Below, one piece after another: positions 9,131 to 24,482 of a stretch of 64,000 bases of DNA. The DNA is from Terriglobia bacterium. GTDB lineage: Bacteria; Acidobacteriota; Terriglobia; 20CM-2-55-15. The notes under the pieces are model-generated. The model saw only the letters and a program-made list of their open reading frames with translations. It was not told the origin of the DNA and made no database searches. The stretch covers positions 448,001 to 512,000 of the forward strand of contig CBDAOY010000008.1 in assembly GCA_965198225.1 (NCBI GenBank), read 5' to 3'. Numbering within the stretch: position 1 is the first letter of the stretch; each line of letters opens with the position of its first letter. A program made the translations under genes and the position numbers.

Positions 9131-11688
9131 GTAGCTTGCGACCCGGGATCGGGCTGTCGGTTCGGGTGCTCGTGCCCCTCCTCCTGTCTGGTTGCGGCGC
9201 CCTGGCCGGTTGCGGCGCGCTGGGCCAGAGCGACGACGCCAGCCCTGTCGAAAAAGCTCGTCGTGGCGACTATGCCGAAGCCGCGGCGGGTCTGGAGACG
9301 ATGGTCGCCGGGGGGGACACCTCCAGGGCTGTCGTCGACGGCCTGTACTTTTCCTGGATACGGCAGGGAGAATACGGGCAGGCCGGCGCCCGCTTCGAAG
9401 ATCTTGCCTCCGACCATCCGAATGCGGGACCAATACGTCTCGCCGCCGCGCGTGCCAACCGTCTCACCGGGAAGCCGGAGCGCGCGCTGGCTCACCTGGA
9501 TGAGGTGCTGAACTTCGCCGATGTCGGCGTCGCGGCACGCCACGAGAAGGCCGTCGTTCTGGAGGAAGTAGGCCGGCGGGACGAGAGCCGGGAAATCTAC
9601 ACCGACCTCATCGAGAGGTTCCAGAACGGCATCATCGGTGGCGGCGACGACATGCTCTATGTCGCGCTGGCGATGTGGGCACTGGAGTATTTCCACGACG
9701 CGAATGATGTTTTCAAGCTGATCACTCAGGGCAATCCGTTGAACGCGGAAGCTTTCCTCGCGTGGGGGGACCTGCTCGCCGAGAAGTACAACGATCCGGA
9801 AGCCGTCGCAAGCTACGAAGATGCATTGCGGATCGACCCGAATATGCCGGAAGCGCATCTGGGCATCGCCCGCGTGCTTGCCGACGATAACCCCGAGCGG
9901 AGTCAGGCGTCGCTCCAGAAGGCACTCGAAGTCAACCCGACCTACATGGCGGCCCACCTGCTACTGGCCGAGCAGCGCATCGCCGCAGAGCAGTATGCCG
10001 AGGCGGATGAAGAAACCGAGAAGGTGCTGGAGATCAACCCCCGCTCATCGAAAGCGCTGGCCCTGCTGGCCACGACGCGGTTCCTGCGCGGCGATCAAGA
10101 GGGGTTCAACCGGTACGTTCAGCAGGTCCTGGGCAACAACCCGCTCTACGGCGAGATGTACTACATCCTGGCCGATCGAAGTGTTTCCTTGCGGCTCTAC
10201 GCCGAAGCAGTGGAGTTTGCCCGCGAGGCGATCCGGCTCGACCCCAACGACTGGGAGGCACGCAGCCTCCTGGGCATCAACCTGATGCGAATCGGGGAGG
10301 AGGAAGAAGGGAAGGCAGTCCTCGAAGAAACCTATGACGGCGACCCGTTCAACGTGTGGACAGTAAACACGTTGACCTTGCTGGACAGCTTTACGAATTT
10401 CGATCGCCTCGAGACCGAGCACTTCAAGATCAAGCTACACAAAGAAGAGCGTGAGGTTCTGGCCCCCTACGTCACCGACTTGCTCGAAAAGGCCTACAGG
10501 GAACTCAGTGCGAAGTACCAATTCGAACCCGACGGCCCGATTACCTTCGAAATGTTTCCCGACCACGCCGACTTCGCCGTACGGACCCTCGGTCTTCCAG
10601 GCCTGGGAGCGCTCGGAGTCTGTTTCGGCAAGGTCGTCGTGATGGATTCCCCGTCGGCCAGGCCGCCGGAGACGTTCAACTGGGGCAGCACGCTATGGCA
10701 CGAGTTCGCTCACGTGATCACGCTACAGATCACCGATCACAAGATCCCCCGGTGGTTTTCCGAGGGGATCTCGGTGTATGAAGAGCGTCGCGGCATGGAG
10801 GGCTGGGGCGACGATCTGCAGATGGACTACTTGATGGCGATCAAGGAGGATCAGCTGTTGCCGGTGGGCGAGTTAAACAACGGCTTCATCCGCCCGAAGA
10901 ACCCCGGCCAGATCTCGCTCTCCTCCTACCAGGCGTCTCTGATCTGCGACTACATCGAGGAGCAGCACGGTTTCGAGGCCATCCGGCGGATGCTCGCACT
11001 CTATAAGGCTGGCCGCAGCACGGTCGAAGTCTTCCAGGAAGCGCTCGGTGTGGGCTTGTCGGAGTTTGACACCGGTTTTTTCGCGTGGGTCGACGCAAGA
11101 GTCGAGGCGATCGATGTCGAGCGATTTCGTGAGCTGCTTCTGGAAGGCCAGCAAGCCGTCGATGCGGGCGACCTCGATCGGGCAATCGACGTCTTAAGCC
11201 AAGCCGTGGAACTCTATCCCGAGTACACCGACGAGCACAACGCCTACGAGATCCTGGCAGAAGCCCACATCCAAAAAGAGAATGAAGCGGCGGCCATCGA
11301 GGTTCTCCGGCAGTTCACGTCCTATTCCGAGTCCGCCTACCGAACGTACCTGAAGCTTGCAGGCCTCATGCGCGACGCCGGGAACTCCGCTGAAGCCAGA
11401 GAGGTTCTGGAACGCGCCCTGTTCATCCACCCGATGGATCTGGAAGGACACCGGGAACTGGGATCGCTGCTCCTGGCAGACGAGCAGTTCGTCGGGGCAG
11501 CCAAGGAATACGAAGCCCTTCTTGCACTCAATGTGCCGGACCTTGCCGACACCTATTTCAACCTGGCATCGGCCCAATACGGAGCCGGGAGCCTCGTCGA
11601 AGCCCGCCGGAGCATACTGAGATGTTTGGAGATCGCACCGTCGTTCGAAGCGGCGCAAGAGCTACTACTGAAGATTGTGAGGAACTGA
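9127..11688 (+). CDS. TPR-repeat (lipo)protein with peptidase MA-like gluzincin domain
   Basis: Lipobox-like LLSGC; many TPRs; TLWHEFAH followed by PRWFSEG. Confidence 0.83.
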   Translation: MSSLRPGIGLSVRVLVPLLLSGCGALAGCGALGQSDDASPVEKARRGDYAEAAAGLETMVAGGDTSRAVVDGLYFSWIRQGEYGQAGARFEDLASDHPNAGPIRLAAARANRLTGKPERALAHLDEVLNFADVGVAARHEKAVVLEEVGRRDESREIYTDLIERFQNGIIGGGDDMLYVALAMWALEYFHDANDVFKLITQGNPLNAEAFLAWGDLLAEKYNDPEAVASYEDALRIDPNMPEAHLGIARVLADDNPERSQASLQKALEVNPTYMAAHLLLAEQRIAAEQYAEADEETEKVLEINPRSSKALALLATTRFLRGDQEGFNRYVQQVLGNNPLYGEMYYILADRSVSLRLYAEAVEFAREAIRLDPNDWEARSLLGINLMRIGEEEEGKAVLEETYDGDPFNVWTVNTLTLLDSFTNFDRLETEHFKIKLHKEEREVLAPYVTDLLEKAYRELSAKYQFEPDGPITFEMFPDHADFAVRTLGLPGLGALGVCFGKVVVMDSPSARPPETFNWGSTLWHEFAHVITLQITDHKIPRWFSEGISVYEERRGMEGWGDDLQMDYLMAIKEDQLLPVGELNNGFIRPKNPGQISLSSYQASLICDYIEEQHGFEAIRRMLALYKAGRSTVEVFQEALGVGLSEFDTGFFAWVDARVEAIDVERFRELLLEGQQAVDAGDLDRAIDVLSQAVELYPEYTDEHNAYEILAEAHIQKENEAAAIEVLRQFTSYSESAYRTYLKLAGLMRDAGNSAEAREVLERALFIHPMDLEGHRELGSLLLADEQFVGAAKEYEALLALNVPDLADTYFNLASAQYGAGSLVEARRSILRCLEIAPSFEAAQELLLKIVRN

Positions 11689-12717
<1,029 letters not shown>

Positions 12718-12726
12718 GCGAGCGGA

Positions 12727-13641
12727 ATGAGCACAGCGATCGCACCAGCGCCGACGAATCGGTTCATCGATCCGACGATCCTGTCGAAGATCGAGAACCT
12801 CGAGTTGTTGGCGCGAACGGTCGTCGAAGGGTTCGTCCAGGGTCTGCACAAGTCCCCTTACCTCGGCTTCAGCGTCGACTTTGCGGAATACAGGACATAC
12901 CAGCCCGGAGACGAGATTCGCCGTATCGACTGGAACGTCTTTGCCAGGATGGACAAGCTGTATGTCAAGCTGTTCGAGGGCGACACGAATACGCATGTGC
13001 ACCTCCTGCTGGACGTCAGCGGTTCGATGGGCTATGGATCCGGAGACGTTCAGAAGGTCGACTACGCCCGTTTCCTGGCCGCTTCGCTCGCCTACTTTGC
13101 CTATGGTCAAAGAGACGGCGTCGGCCTGTTGAGCTTCGACACCGACATCGTCAACCACATTCCGGCCGGGCGGCGGAGCGGCCAGCTCTTCAGCATCCTG
13201 GCCGAACTCGATCGTGCGAAGCCCAGCAAGGAAACCGAGTTCCAGAAACCGCTGGACTATATGGCGGAGTTCCTCAAAAGGCGCGGCATCATCGTCCTGA
13301 TCTCGGACCTCTACGACGATGTTCCAAATATCCTGGCCGGCATCAAGCATCTCCGCTCGAAAGGAAACGACGTCATCGTTTTTCACGTACTCGATGACTT
13401 CGAACTCAATTTTCCGTTCGAGGAGATGACGGAATTCGAGGACCTGGAAACGACGAAGAAACTCAACGTGATCCCTCAGTACCTCAAGCGGGAGTACCTG
13501 CAGTTGATCCACGGGCACATCGAGGAGCTCGATCGAGAGCTCTCGAAGGTCGGTGTCGACTACACGTTGATGAACAGCAGCAAACCCCTCGACGTCGGGC
13601 TGTTCGCCTACCTGGCGAAGAGGGCAAAGGCGAAAACATGA
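12727..13641 (+). CDS. DUF58 (vWA-like) MoxR partner
   Basis: GLHKS...FAEYRTYQPGDE...IDW, LDVSGSM, LISD. Confidence 0.93.
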   Translation: MSTAIAPAPTNRFIDPTILSKIENLELLARTVVEGFVQGLHKSPYLGFSVDFAEYRTYQPGDEIRRIDWNVFARMDKLYVKLFEGDTNTHVHLLLDVSGSMGYGSGDVQKVDYARFLAASLAYFAYGQRDGVGLLSFDTDIVNHIPAGRRSGQLFSILAELDRAKPSKETEFQKPLDYMAEFLKRRGIIVLISDLYDDVPNILAGIKHLRSKGNDVIVFHVLDDFELNFPFEEMTEFEDLETTKKLNVIPQYLKREYLQLIHGHIEELDRELSKVGVDYTLMNSSKPLDVGLFAYLAKRAKAKT

Positions 13642-13645
13642 GGAA

Positions 13646-13735
13646 GTAGTCAGTAGCCGGTGGTCAGTTGAGGAACTCGGACCGACTACCGCTACTAATT
13701 GACTGACTACTGACTACCGACTACCGATTACTAAC
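13646..13735. repeat. Inverted-arm heptamer array (GTAGTCA)n ... (TGACTAC)n filling the DUF58-BatA spacer
   Basis: gtagtca-gtagccg-gtggtca-gttg ... ctgacta-ctgacta-ccgacta-ccgatta-ctaac, ending just before the ATG at 13737. Confidence 0.88.
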
Positions 13736-13736
13736 A

Positions 13737-15806
13737 ATGTCATTTCTCAACCCATTCTTCTTCATCGGCTCGCTCGTCCTGGCCGTGCCTCTCCTCATCC
13801 ATCTGGTGCGCAAGGACAAGTCCGAGATCGTTCGGTTCAGCTCGCTGATGTTCCTGCTTCGCATCCCCCGAAAAACGATCCGCCAGCACCGGCTTCGCAA
13901 TCTCCTGCTCCTGGTGCTCCGGTTGCTGCTGATCGCCCTGCTGGTAGCGGCTTTCGCCCGGCCCTACCTGGTCGATTCGGCCGCTGCAGTCGTACCGGAC
14001 GGGGGAGCCAGGGGAAGTGTGATCCTGCTCGATACCTCCTACAGCATGACCTACGCCACGAACTTCGAGCGGATGAAAGCCGAGGCTCGCGACCGAGTCG
14101 ACGCGATGAATCCGGGAGACCGAATCGCGCTGGTCTCGTTTGACGAAAAGGCAACGCTCCTTGCAATGCCCTCGGGCGACCCAGAAGAGCTGAAAGCGTT
14201 GGTCGGAGCGCTCGAGCCGTCGTCTGAGAAGACCAGCTACTACGAGGCGTTCACGCTAGCCGACCGCGTGCTCACGCAATTGCAGGACTACAACAGGGAA
14301 CTCGTAGTCATCTCTGATTTTCAGAGGAATGGCTGGAACCGGTCCTCGCGGGAAAGCGTCATCGACGTCGATGTGGCCACGGAGTTCGTGGACCTGGGCG
14401 TCGACAACCCCGAAAACGTCAGCATCGAGAGCGTCGGCGTTGACGCCACGGTGTTCACCCGGACTTACACCGGCCAGGTGATGGCTCGCATCAACAACCA
14501 CCAGCTCGCCGATGCTGCCACCGTACCCGTCTCGATCAGCATCAACGATCGCGAGGTTGACCGGAAGAGGGTGACGATTCCCGCTGAATCGACCACTCTG
14601 GTGGAATTCACGGGATTTGACCTCCCTCTCGGCTTCTCTCGGGGCCGTGTGCGGATCGAGGCAGATGACCCGCTGGTTATCGACAACGAGTTTCTATTCG
14701 CAATCCAGCGTCGCGAGAAGCTGCGGTTGCTGATCGTCGACGCAGGGCGTTCCCGTCAGAGTTTTTTCCTGGAACAGGCGTTGACTTCGGCTCCGGACCT
14801 CCCGTTCGCGGTGACGACGAAACGCGTGAACAACGTGAATGCTGGAGAGTTGGCGGATTATGAGGTCGTCATTCTCAATGACGTCCCGCGCCTGTCCGAC
14901 GCCCTCAAGGCGCGTCTTGACGAACTCCGCACCGGGGGCCAGGGCCAGCTGGTATTTGTGGCGGACAATGCAGAACTGGACTGGTGGAACGGTGTTGAAG
15001 ATCTACCCGTCACCTTGATCGAAAAAGTCTTCGTCCAGAGTGATCGGGGCCAGCCTTCCTATTCCCTGACGAGCTACGATCGCAACCACGAGATCTTCGT
15101 CCCGCTGGAACGGAGCACCCGACTGACGTTGAATACCGCTCAGTTCTTCGCCTACTCCGAGATGGAGGCGAAAGAAGACGCGGTGGTAATCGCGAAGTTC
15201 GAGAACGGTTCGGTGGCCATCGCGGAGTCGTCGGGTGAAGGCCAGGGATTGATCGTGTTTGCTTCGTCGGTAGACAACGGCTGGAACGATCTGCCGCTGA
15301 AGCCGTCGTTTCTCCCCCTGGCCCACGAAATGATTCGGTATCTTGCCCGGTACCGCACGAGCGATGCGTGGTACCAGCTGGGCCAGGCGGTTCCCGTGGT
15401 GACCCTGCTCGAGGATAGCCTGGCCTTGATCACGCCTGAGGGGGAGAGGCAGAACCTGGGAGAGGTTTCGGCGTCCGGTCAGCGGTTCTTCACACCCGAG
15501 CTCACCGGGTTCTACGAGATCCGCGTCGGGCCGGAAACGACTCACGTTGCGGTGAACGCCCCGTCGAGCGAGAGCCAGCTTGCCGGGATCCCGCCGGATG
15601 ATCTGCTTGTGAGTGTGCAGCGCCTGGAAGGCGAAGTCCGGCGGGGTGCTTTGCTGGGCGAAGCCGAAGAAGACAACTCTGCCCGCCGGCAGAGCTGGTG
15701 GTGGTATCTTTTCTTATTTGCACTTTTGGTGGCGATAGGTGAGATTTATCTAGGGAACAGTGTGACCGCAAGCCGAGATGAGCGGTCTACTCCCGTAACC
15801 GGCTGA
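13737..15806 (+). CDS. BatA N-terminal domain + vWA membrane protein
   Basis: MSFLNP...PLLIHL...FSSLMFL...LLLVLRLL...FARP; MIDAS LDTSYSM and ISDFQ; C-terminal TM. Confidence 0.88.
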   Translation: MSFLNPFFFIGSLVLAVPLLIHLVRKDKSEIVRFSSLMFLLRIPRKTIRQHRLRNLLLLVLRLLLIALLVAAFARPYLVDSAAAVVPDGGARGSVILLDTSYSMTYATNFERMKAEARDRVDAMNPGDRIALVSFDEKATLLAMPSGDPEELKALVGALEPSSEKTSYYEAFTLADRVLTQLQDYNRELVVISDFQRNGWNRSSRESVIDVDVATEFVDLGVDNPENVSIESVGVDATVFTRTYTGQVMARINNHQLADAATVPVSISINDREVDRKRVTIPAESTTLVEFTGFDLPLGFSRGRVRIEADDPLVIDNEFLFAIQRREKLRLLIVDAGRSRQSFFLEQALTSAPDLPFAVTTKRVNNVNAGELADYEVVILNDVPRLSDALKARLDELRTGGQGQLVFVADNAELDWWNGVEDLPVTLIEKVFVQSDRGQPSYSLTSYDRNHEIFVPLERSTRLTLNTAQFFAYSEMEAKEDAVVIAKFENGSVAIAESSGEGQGLIVFASSVDNGWNDLPLKPSFLPLAHEMIRYLARYRTSDAWYQLGQAVPVVTLLEDSLALITPEGERQNLGEVSASGQRFFTPELTGFYEIRVGPETTHVAVNAPSSESQLAGIPPDDLLVSVQRLEGEVRRGALLGEAEEDNSARRQSWWWYLFLFALLVAIGEIYLGNSVTASRDERSTPVTG

Positions 15807-15888
15807 TTCTTTTTTACGTATTAGTCTTTGGGACGGGATTGATTCCATGGGTGTGGCGGCGAATGCTCATCCGAATCGAGGAGCTGAG

Positions 15889-19323
<3,435 letters not shown>

Positions 19324-19341
19324 CGACGGGCGCGTCAGGGT

Positions 19342-19404
19342 GTAGGTGCGCTCTATGAGCGCACGCTCTAGACGGAAGAGTGTGCGGTCATAGACCGCAC
19401 CTAC
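19342..19404. repeat. GTAG-type REP doublet (REPIN-like), copy 1
   Basis: GTAGGTGCGCTCTATGAGCGCAC (19342-19364) and inverted GTGCGGTCATAGACCGCACCTAC (19382-19404). Confidence 0.88.
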
Positions 19405-19417
19405 ACTTGTTCGAGGT

Positions 19418-20692
19418 CTACCCCCTCCCGGGATACAGCGGAAACCGCCCGCACAGCTCGGTCACCTCACCCCTAACCCGACTGATCGTTCCGTCGTCGT
19501 CGATGTTTTCCAGCACGTCGGCAATCCAGCCCCCGATTGCTTCCATCTCAGGATCGTTCATGCCACGTGTCGTCAGGGCCGGCGTCCCGATGCGAATCCC
19601 GCTGGGCGTCATCGGGGGGTTGGTGTCAAACGGGATCGTGTTCTTGTTGACCGTGATCCCGGCGAGTTCGAGCGCCTCTTCCGCCTGCTTGCCATTGATT
19701 CCCTTGGAGAACACATCGACCGACAGTAAATGCGTGTCGGTACCGCCCGACACGACGCGGAATCCGCGGGACACAATCGCCTCGGCCAATACGCTGGCGT
19801 TTCGGATGACCTGTTTGATGTAGCTCCGGAAGTCTTCTGTCGCGGCCTCTTTGAAACAAGTGGCCTTCGCCGCGATGACGTGCACGAGCGGACCTCCCTG
19901 CATTTCGGGGAAGACCGAACGGTTGAGATCCTTGCGAAACTCCTCCCGGCACATGATGAATCCACTTCGGGGTCCCCGCAGCGTCTTGTGAGTCGTGCTG
20001 GTAACGAAATCAAAATGGGGAACCGGATTCGGATGCTCTCGGGCCGCAATCAGGCCCGCTATGTGGGCGATGTCGGCCATGAGCAGAGAACCCGTGTCCC
20101 GCGTGACTGTCGCGATTCGTTCGAAATCGATGGTCCGGGCGTACGCGCTGGCACCGACGACGATGAGTCTGGGCTTGTGCTCGTGGGCGAGCTGCTCGAG
20201 CTGGTCGTAGTCGAGAAGTTCGGTTTCCTGGTCGACCCCGTACGGGACGATCTTGTAGTACTTGCCGGAGAAGTTTAGCGGGTGTCCGTGCGTGAGGTGG
20301 CCGCCGTGTGACAGGTTCATGCCGAGGACGGTGTCCCCCGGCTCGAGGACGGAGAGGTAGACGGCCATATTTGCCTGGCTGCCCGAGTGCGGCTGGACGT
20401 TGACGTGCTCGGCGCCGAAGAGGGTCTTGGCCCTTTCGATCGCCAGCCGCTCCACGACGTCGACAAATTCGCAACCGCCGTAGTACCTCCGACCGGGGTA
20501 GCCTTCCGCGTATTTGTTCGTAAAGACAGACCCCGTTGCCTCCAGGATCGCCTCGGAAGTGAAGTTCTCGGATGCGATGAGTTCCAGGCCGTTGGCCTGC
20601 CGTCTCTCTTCATTCTTTATGGCTTCATAAATATCTGAATCCAAATCTGTTAATGGCAGCTGGAAGCGCCTGTCAAGAGCCTCGTTCTTCAT
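19418..20692 (-). CDS. glyA: Serine hydroxymethyltransferase
   Basis: [31 protein letters not shown]-lysine motif [10 protein letters not shown]. Confidence 0.98.
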   Translation of the reverse strand: MKNEALDRRFQLPLTDLDSDIYEAIKNEERRQANGLELIASENFTSEAILEATGSVFTNKYAEGYPGRRYYGGCEFVDVVERLAIERAKTLFGAEHVNVQPHSGSQANMAVYLSVLEPGDTVLGMNLSHGGHLTHGHPLNFSGKYYKIVPYGVDQETELLDYDQLEQLAHEHKPRLIVVGASAYARTIDFERIATVTRDTGSLLMADIAHIAGLIAAREHPNPVPHFDFVTSTTHKTLRGPRSGFIMCREEFRKDLNRSVFPEMQGGPLVHVIAAKATCFKEAATEDFRSYIKQVIRNASVLAEAIVSRGFRVVSGGTDTHLLSVDVFSKGINGKQAEEALELAGITVNKNTIPFDTNPPMTPSGIRIGTPALTTRGMNDPEMEAIGGWIADVLENIDDDGTISRVRGEVTELCGRFPLYPGRG

Positions 20693-20709
20693 CTCATCCT
20701 CCGCGGTTC

Positions 20710-20732
20710 ACTCTACCACGCTGTGCTATAAT
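20710..20732. promoter_or_regulatory. Back-to-back divergent extended -10 promoters (glyA and the Moco operon)
   Basis: Minus strand TGgTAGAGT (20718-20710); plus strand TGcTATAAT (20724-20732); both within a 49-bp intergenic gap. Confidence 0.6.
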
Positions 20733-20741
20733 TTCCCCATC

Positions 20742-21095
20742 ATGTTGGCACTGCTTCCACGCGGGACCGCCTATGTTCTGCTGTTTGTCGTGCTGGTCTA
20801 CTTCGGCTTCCATTACGCCCCGATCTACCTCCATGCCTACCAGTTCAACGACTTCGTTCGTTCTGAGGTCAAGTTTGCCGGTGGCAGCAGACGATCGGTC
20901 TCGACGATCACCGAGAACATCCTCGTCAAAGCCGCGCAGCTCGATCTTCCGGTCGAAAAAGACAACATCAAGGTGACGCGCGAGGGACCATTTTTTACCG
21001 TGGACCTGTCCTACAAGGTCCCGGTTGATTTGAGGATCTACCAGCACGAACTCGAATTCGAGTCGAGCCTGTCCGGCCAGACCTTCGCGCAATGA
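20742..21095 (+). CDS. Small single-TM hypothetical protein (DUF4845-like)
   Basis: N-terminal TM followed by an alpha/beta segment (Y.VPVDL); ATGA overlap with moeA. Confidence 0.65.
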   Translation: MLALLPRGTAYVLLFVVLVYFGFHYAPIYLHAYQFNDFVRSEVKFAGGSRRSVSTITENILVKAAQLDLPVEKDNIKVTREGPFFTVDLSYKVPVDLRIYQHELEFESSLSGQTFAQ

Positions 21096-22315
21096 TCTCG
21101 ATCGAGCGCGGGCTGGAAATAGTCGCCTCTGTCGCTCAGACGTCGATCGGACCCGATTTCATGCCTCCCGAAGCGGTTCCTCTTGCCGATGCGATCGGTC
21201 GCATCCTGCGTGAGGATGTACGGCTCGACGCGGATTCCCCTCCCTTTGACCGTTCGATCCGGGACGGATTCGCTCTCCGCGCAGAAGACATCGTCGACGT
21301 TCCCCAGGAACTGAGGGTGATCGGCGAGTCGCGTGCCGGCGCTTCATTCGAAGGCGAGGTCGGGCTGGGCGAGTGCTGCGAGATCATGACCGGAGCGGCC
21401 GTGCCCAGAGGTGCTGATGCTGTCGTCATGGTGGAGTACACCGAGGCGGGCAGCGGTGAAGGCCGGGTACAGATCCAGCGCGAAGCTCGACCCGGTCAAA
21501 GCATTCAACGAATGGGGACGGAGGCTTCCGCCGGTGACCGGATTCTTGGGGCCGGGCGAGCGATCCGGACACCGGATCTGGGCGTGCTCGCAAGCGTCGG
21601 TCGGGCCGACGTGCAGGTTTCGCGGAGACCACGGGTCGCCATTCTTTCGACCGGTGACGAACTGGTCGAGGTGGGGGAGACTCCGAGGGCCGATCAGATC
21701 CGCAACGGCAACAGCTATACCCTCTACGCGCAGTGCCTCGAAGCCGGCGCCGAACCCGACATGCTCGGTATTGCCAGGGACGATCTGGGCGACCTCAGCG
21801 AGAAAGTGTCCAGAGGGCTCGAACGAGACATACTGATGACCTCCGGCGGTGTTTCCATGGGTAAGTACGACTTCGTGGAGGGCGTCTTCCAGGATCATGG
21901 TGTCGAACTCCATTTCGACAAAGTGGCGATGAAACCCGGCAAGCCCACCGTTTTCGGATCCCGCGGCAGGACCTTCGTCTTCGGGCTGCCCGGAAATCCC
22001 GTCTCGACGATGGTTTCGTTCCAGCTCTTCGTGCGTCCCTTGATCCATTCTCTGCTCCAGGTCGTCGACGACCCGACGGCGCCGCTCGAGGCCGCCCTGG
22101 CGGAGAGGGCACGATGTGACCCCGAGCGGGAGGCGTGTGTGCCCGCAACTGTACGCTTCGAAGAAGGCGCATACAGGCTGTCTCCTGTGGCCTGGAAGGG
22201 TTCGTCCGACCTTGTTGGCTTGTCCCGCGCCAACGCTTACGTCATGATTCCAAGGCGGGAAGGATTTCTGGAAGTGGGCGCTGCCGTCCGGTTCATACCG
22301 ATACGGGGACTTTGA
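21092..22315 (+). CDS. moeA: Molybdopterin molybdotransferase
   Basis: PPFDRS.RDGFA, IMTGA.VP.GADAVVMVE, STGDEL, SGGVSMG, MKPGKP, LPGNPVS. Confidence 0.96.
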   Translation: MISIERGLEIVASVAQTSIGPDFMPPEAVPLADAIGRILREDVRLDADSPPFDRSIRDGFALRAEDIVDVPQELRVIGESRAGASFEGEVGLGECCEIMTGAAVPRGADAVVMVEYTEAGSGEGRVQIQREARPGQSIQRMGTEASAGDRILGAGRAIRTPDLGVLASVGRADVQVSRRPRVAILSTGDELVEVGETPRADQIRNGNSYTLYAQCLEAGAEPDMLGIARDDLGDLSEKVSRGLERDILMTSGGVSMGKYDFVEGVFQDHGVELHFDKVAMKPGKPTVFGSRGRTFVFGLPGNPVSTMVSFQLFVRPLIHSLLQVVDDPTAPLEAALAERARCDPEREACVPATVRFEEGAYRLSPVAWKGSSDLVGLSRANAYVMIPRREGFLEVGAAVRFIPIRGL

Positions 22316-22318
22316 GCC

Positions 22319-22807
22319 TTGTCTGAAGATCTTACTCATATTGACGAACAGGGTCGCGCCCGGATGGTCGATGTCGGCGGCAAGGAGCGGACCGAGAGGA
22401 TGGCACGGGCCGAAGCTCTCGTCCAGATGAGCGACGAGTTGGTGGGGCGGCTCCAGGAGAAGACCCTGCCGAAGGGAGATCCGTTCGAGGTTGCCCGGAT
22501 CGCTGGCATCCAGGCTGCCAAGAGAACCTCGGACCTGATTCCGTTATGCCACCAGCTCCCGCTCAACCACATAGAGGTTTCCATCGAAATCGTCGAAGGG
22601 GGAACTCGCGTCCAGACCATAGCGCGCACTTTCGCCGAGACCGGGGTCGAGATGGAGGCACTCTCTGCGGCAACGGTCGCGGCGCTGACGCTTTACGACA
22701 TGTGCAAGTCGGTCAGCAAGGGGGTTGTCATCGGGCCGATCCGGCTTCTCGAGAAGAGGGGCGGAAAGAGCGGCGACTGGAAACGCGAGAATGACTCGGA
22801 TGAATGA
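22319..22807 (+). CDS. moaC: Cyclic pyranopterin monophosphate synthase
   Basis: LTH...[29 protein letters not shown]. Confidence 0.96.
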   Translation: MSEDLTHIDEQGRARMVDVGGKERTERMARAEALVQMSDELVGRLQEKTLPKGDPFEVARIAGIQAAKRTSDLIPLCHQLPLNHIEVSIEIVEGGTRVQTIARTFAETGVEMEALSAATVAALTLYDMCKSVSKGVVIGPIRLLEKRGGKSGDWKRENDSDE

Positions 22808-23336
22808 TCAAGTCGGAAGCCATGAAGGGCCGGAGGCCGGGAAGAGCCTGGGCTCCGCCCTGGTTCTGACCATCAGCGATTCGGCCTCCACAGGAGCGAG
22901 GGAAGACCTGTCGGGACCCGAAGCCCGGCGCATCCTCGAAGAAACCGGCTTCGACATCCTGGGTGTCGAAGTCCTTCCCGACGAGAGAACCCAGATCCAG
23001 GATCGGTTGCGGCAGGCCTGTGACCGTGACCATACCCGCCTGGTCGTGACGACCGGGGGTACGGGGCTTTCGCCGCGCGACGTAACACCTGACGCGACCG
23101 AACGAATCATGGATCGGGAAGTGCCGGGTATGGCCGAAATGATGCGTAGCGAAGGCCTCAAGTCAACACCTCGCGCCGCACTCTCGAGAGGCGTGGTCGG
23201 AATTCGCGCCTCGACGTTGATCGTGAACTTGCCGGGGAGCGTCAAGGGGGTACGTGAATCATTGAAGGCCCTGGTCCCGATCCTCCCCCACGCGATCGAA
23301 GTCGTAGCGGCGTCATCGCTGGGTTGCGGCGAATGA
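22800..23336 (+). CDS. mogA: MogA/MoaB molybdopterin adenylyltransferase
   Basis: LTISD, REDLSG, TTGGTG.SPRDVTP, NLPGS. Confidence 0.9.
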   Translation: MNDQVGSHEGPEAGKSLGSALVLTISDSASTGAREDLSGPEARRILEETGFDILGVEVLPDERTQIQDRLRQACDRDHTRLVVTTGGTGLSPRDVTPDATERIMDREVPGMAEMMRSEGLKSTPRAALSRGVVGIRASTLIVNLPGSVKGVRESLKALVPILPHAIEVVAASSLGCGE

Positions 23337-23452
23337 TGCGGAGATTGGGGCTCCGCCCCCTGTTTTTCGAAGCCTCGCTCCCGATTCTGGTGATTTGAAG
23401 CTATACTGAGCAGTTCGAGAGTTCGTGAGATCGAATCGCGTCGAGACGGCGA

Positions 23453-23821
23453 ATGTCTGAAGAAGTGCTTACATCATACCTGCCGATCTTCCTGTTCTTT
23501 GGATTGGCATTCCTGTTCCCGGTCGTCACGCTTCTAGTCGCGAGGGTCGTTCGGCCGCAGACGGGAGGTGCGGGCAAGCTGACCGCCTACGAGTGCGGCG
23601 TCGACCCCGAGGGCGATGCACGTGACCGGTACGCGATCCGGTATTACCTGGTCGCGATCCTCTTCGTGATATTCGACGTCGAGACGATCTTTCTGTTCCC
23701 GTGGGCCATCATCTATGACGAGTTGGCTTTGTTCGGACTGATTGAGATGTGCGTGTTTCTGGGGATTCTGATTGTCGGATACGTGTGGATCATCAAGAAA
23801 GGTGCGATCGAATGGGCGTGA
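23453..23821 (+). CDS. nuoA: NADH-quinone oxidoreductase subunit A
   Basis: YECG, FDVET.FL.PWA, KGAIEW. Confidence 0.96.
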   Translation: MSEEVLTSYLPIFLFFGLAFLFPVVTLLVARVVRPQTGGAGKLTAYECGVDPEGDARDRYAIRYYLVAILFVIFDVETIFLFPWAIIYDELALFGLIEMCVFLGILIVGYVWIIKKGAIEWA

Positions 23822-23843
23822 TCTCACCTGCCTGGAGCGTTGG

Positions 23844-24413
23844 ATGGCCTGGATAGACAATCGATTCGAAAAGAACATGATCACGACAACGGTGGACACC
23901 GTTTTCAACTGGGCACGCAAGTCGGCGCTGTGGCCGATGACGTTCGGCCTGGCCTGCTGTGCCATCGAGATGATGGCGACCGGCGCCTCGCGTTTCGACA
24001 TGGACCGCTTTGGTGCGGGAATCTTTCGCCCGAGCCCGAGGCAATCCGACTTGATGATCGTCGCCGGGACCGTCACCTTGAAGATGGCGCCGATCGTGCG
24101 ACGCGTCTACGACCAGATGCCCGACCCAAAATGGGTAATCTCGATGGGGGCCTGTTCGAACGTGGGCGGGCCGTTCGACACTTATTCGGTTTTGCAGGGC
24201 GTGGACCACGTCGTACCGGTCGACGTCTATGTTCCCGGCTGTCCCCCGCGTCCGGAAGCTTTGCTGTACGGGTTGATGCGCCTCCAGGACAAGATCGACC
24301 GGATGACGATCTCGAAGCGCCCGACCGATGTTCGCCTCGACGAGATCAAGGACGACGAACGCATCACGCGGGCGGCGCTCGAGGAGATGGACCGCATCGA
24401 CATGAACATCTGA
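23844..24413 (+). CDS. nuoB: NADH-quinone oxidoreductase subunit B
   Basis: [25 protein letters not shown]. Confidence 0.97.
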   Translation: MAWIDNRFEKNMITTTVDTVFNWARKSALWPMTFGLACCAIEMMATGASRFDMDRFGAGIFRPSPRQSDLMIVAGTVTLKMAPIVRRVYDQMPDPKWVISMGACSNVGGPFDTYSVLQGVDHVVPVDVYVPGCPPRPEALLYGLMRLQDKIDRMTISKRPTDVRLDEIKDDERITRAALEEMDRIDMNI

Positions 24414-24439
24414 AGGTGTTGTGCAGCTTATCCGCCCCC

Positions 24440-24464
24440 GCCCGGCCTTGTGCCGGGCTTTTTT
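24440..24464 (+). terminator. Intrinsic terminator after nuoB
   Basis: GCCCGGC-cttgt-GCCGGGC followed by TTTTTT. Confidence 0.75.
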
Positions 24465-24482
24465 GTATCAGCAGGAGCGCGC

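Noticed and set aside
20693-21092. Moco riboswitch ahead of moeA-moaC-mogA
   Set aside because: The intergenic gap is only 49 bp and is filled by promoter-like elements, leaving no room for the aptamer.
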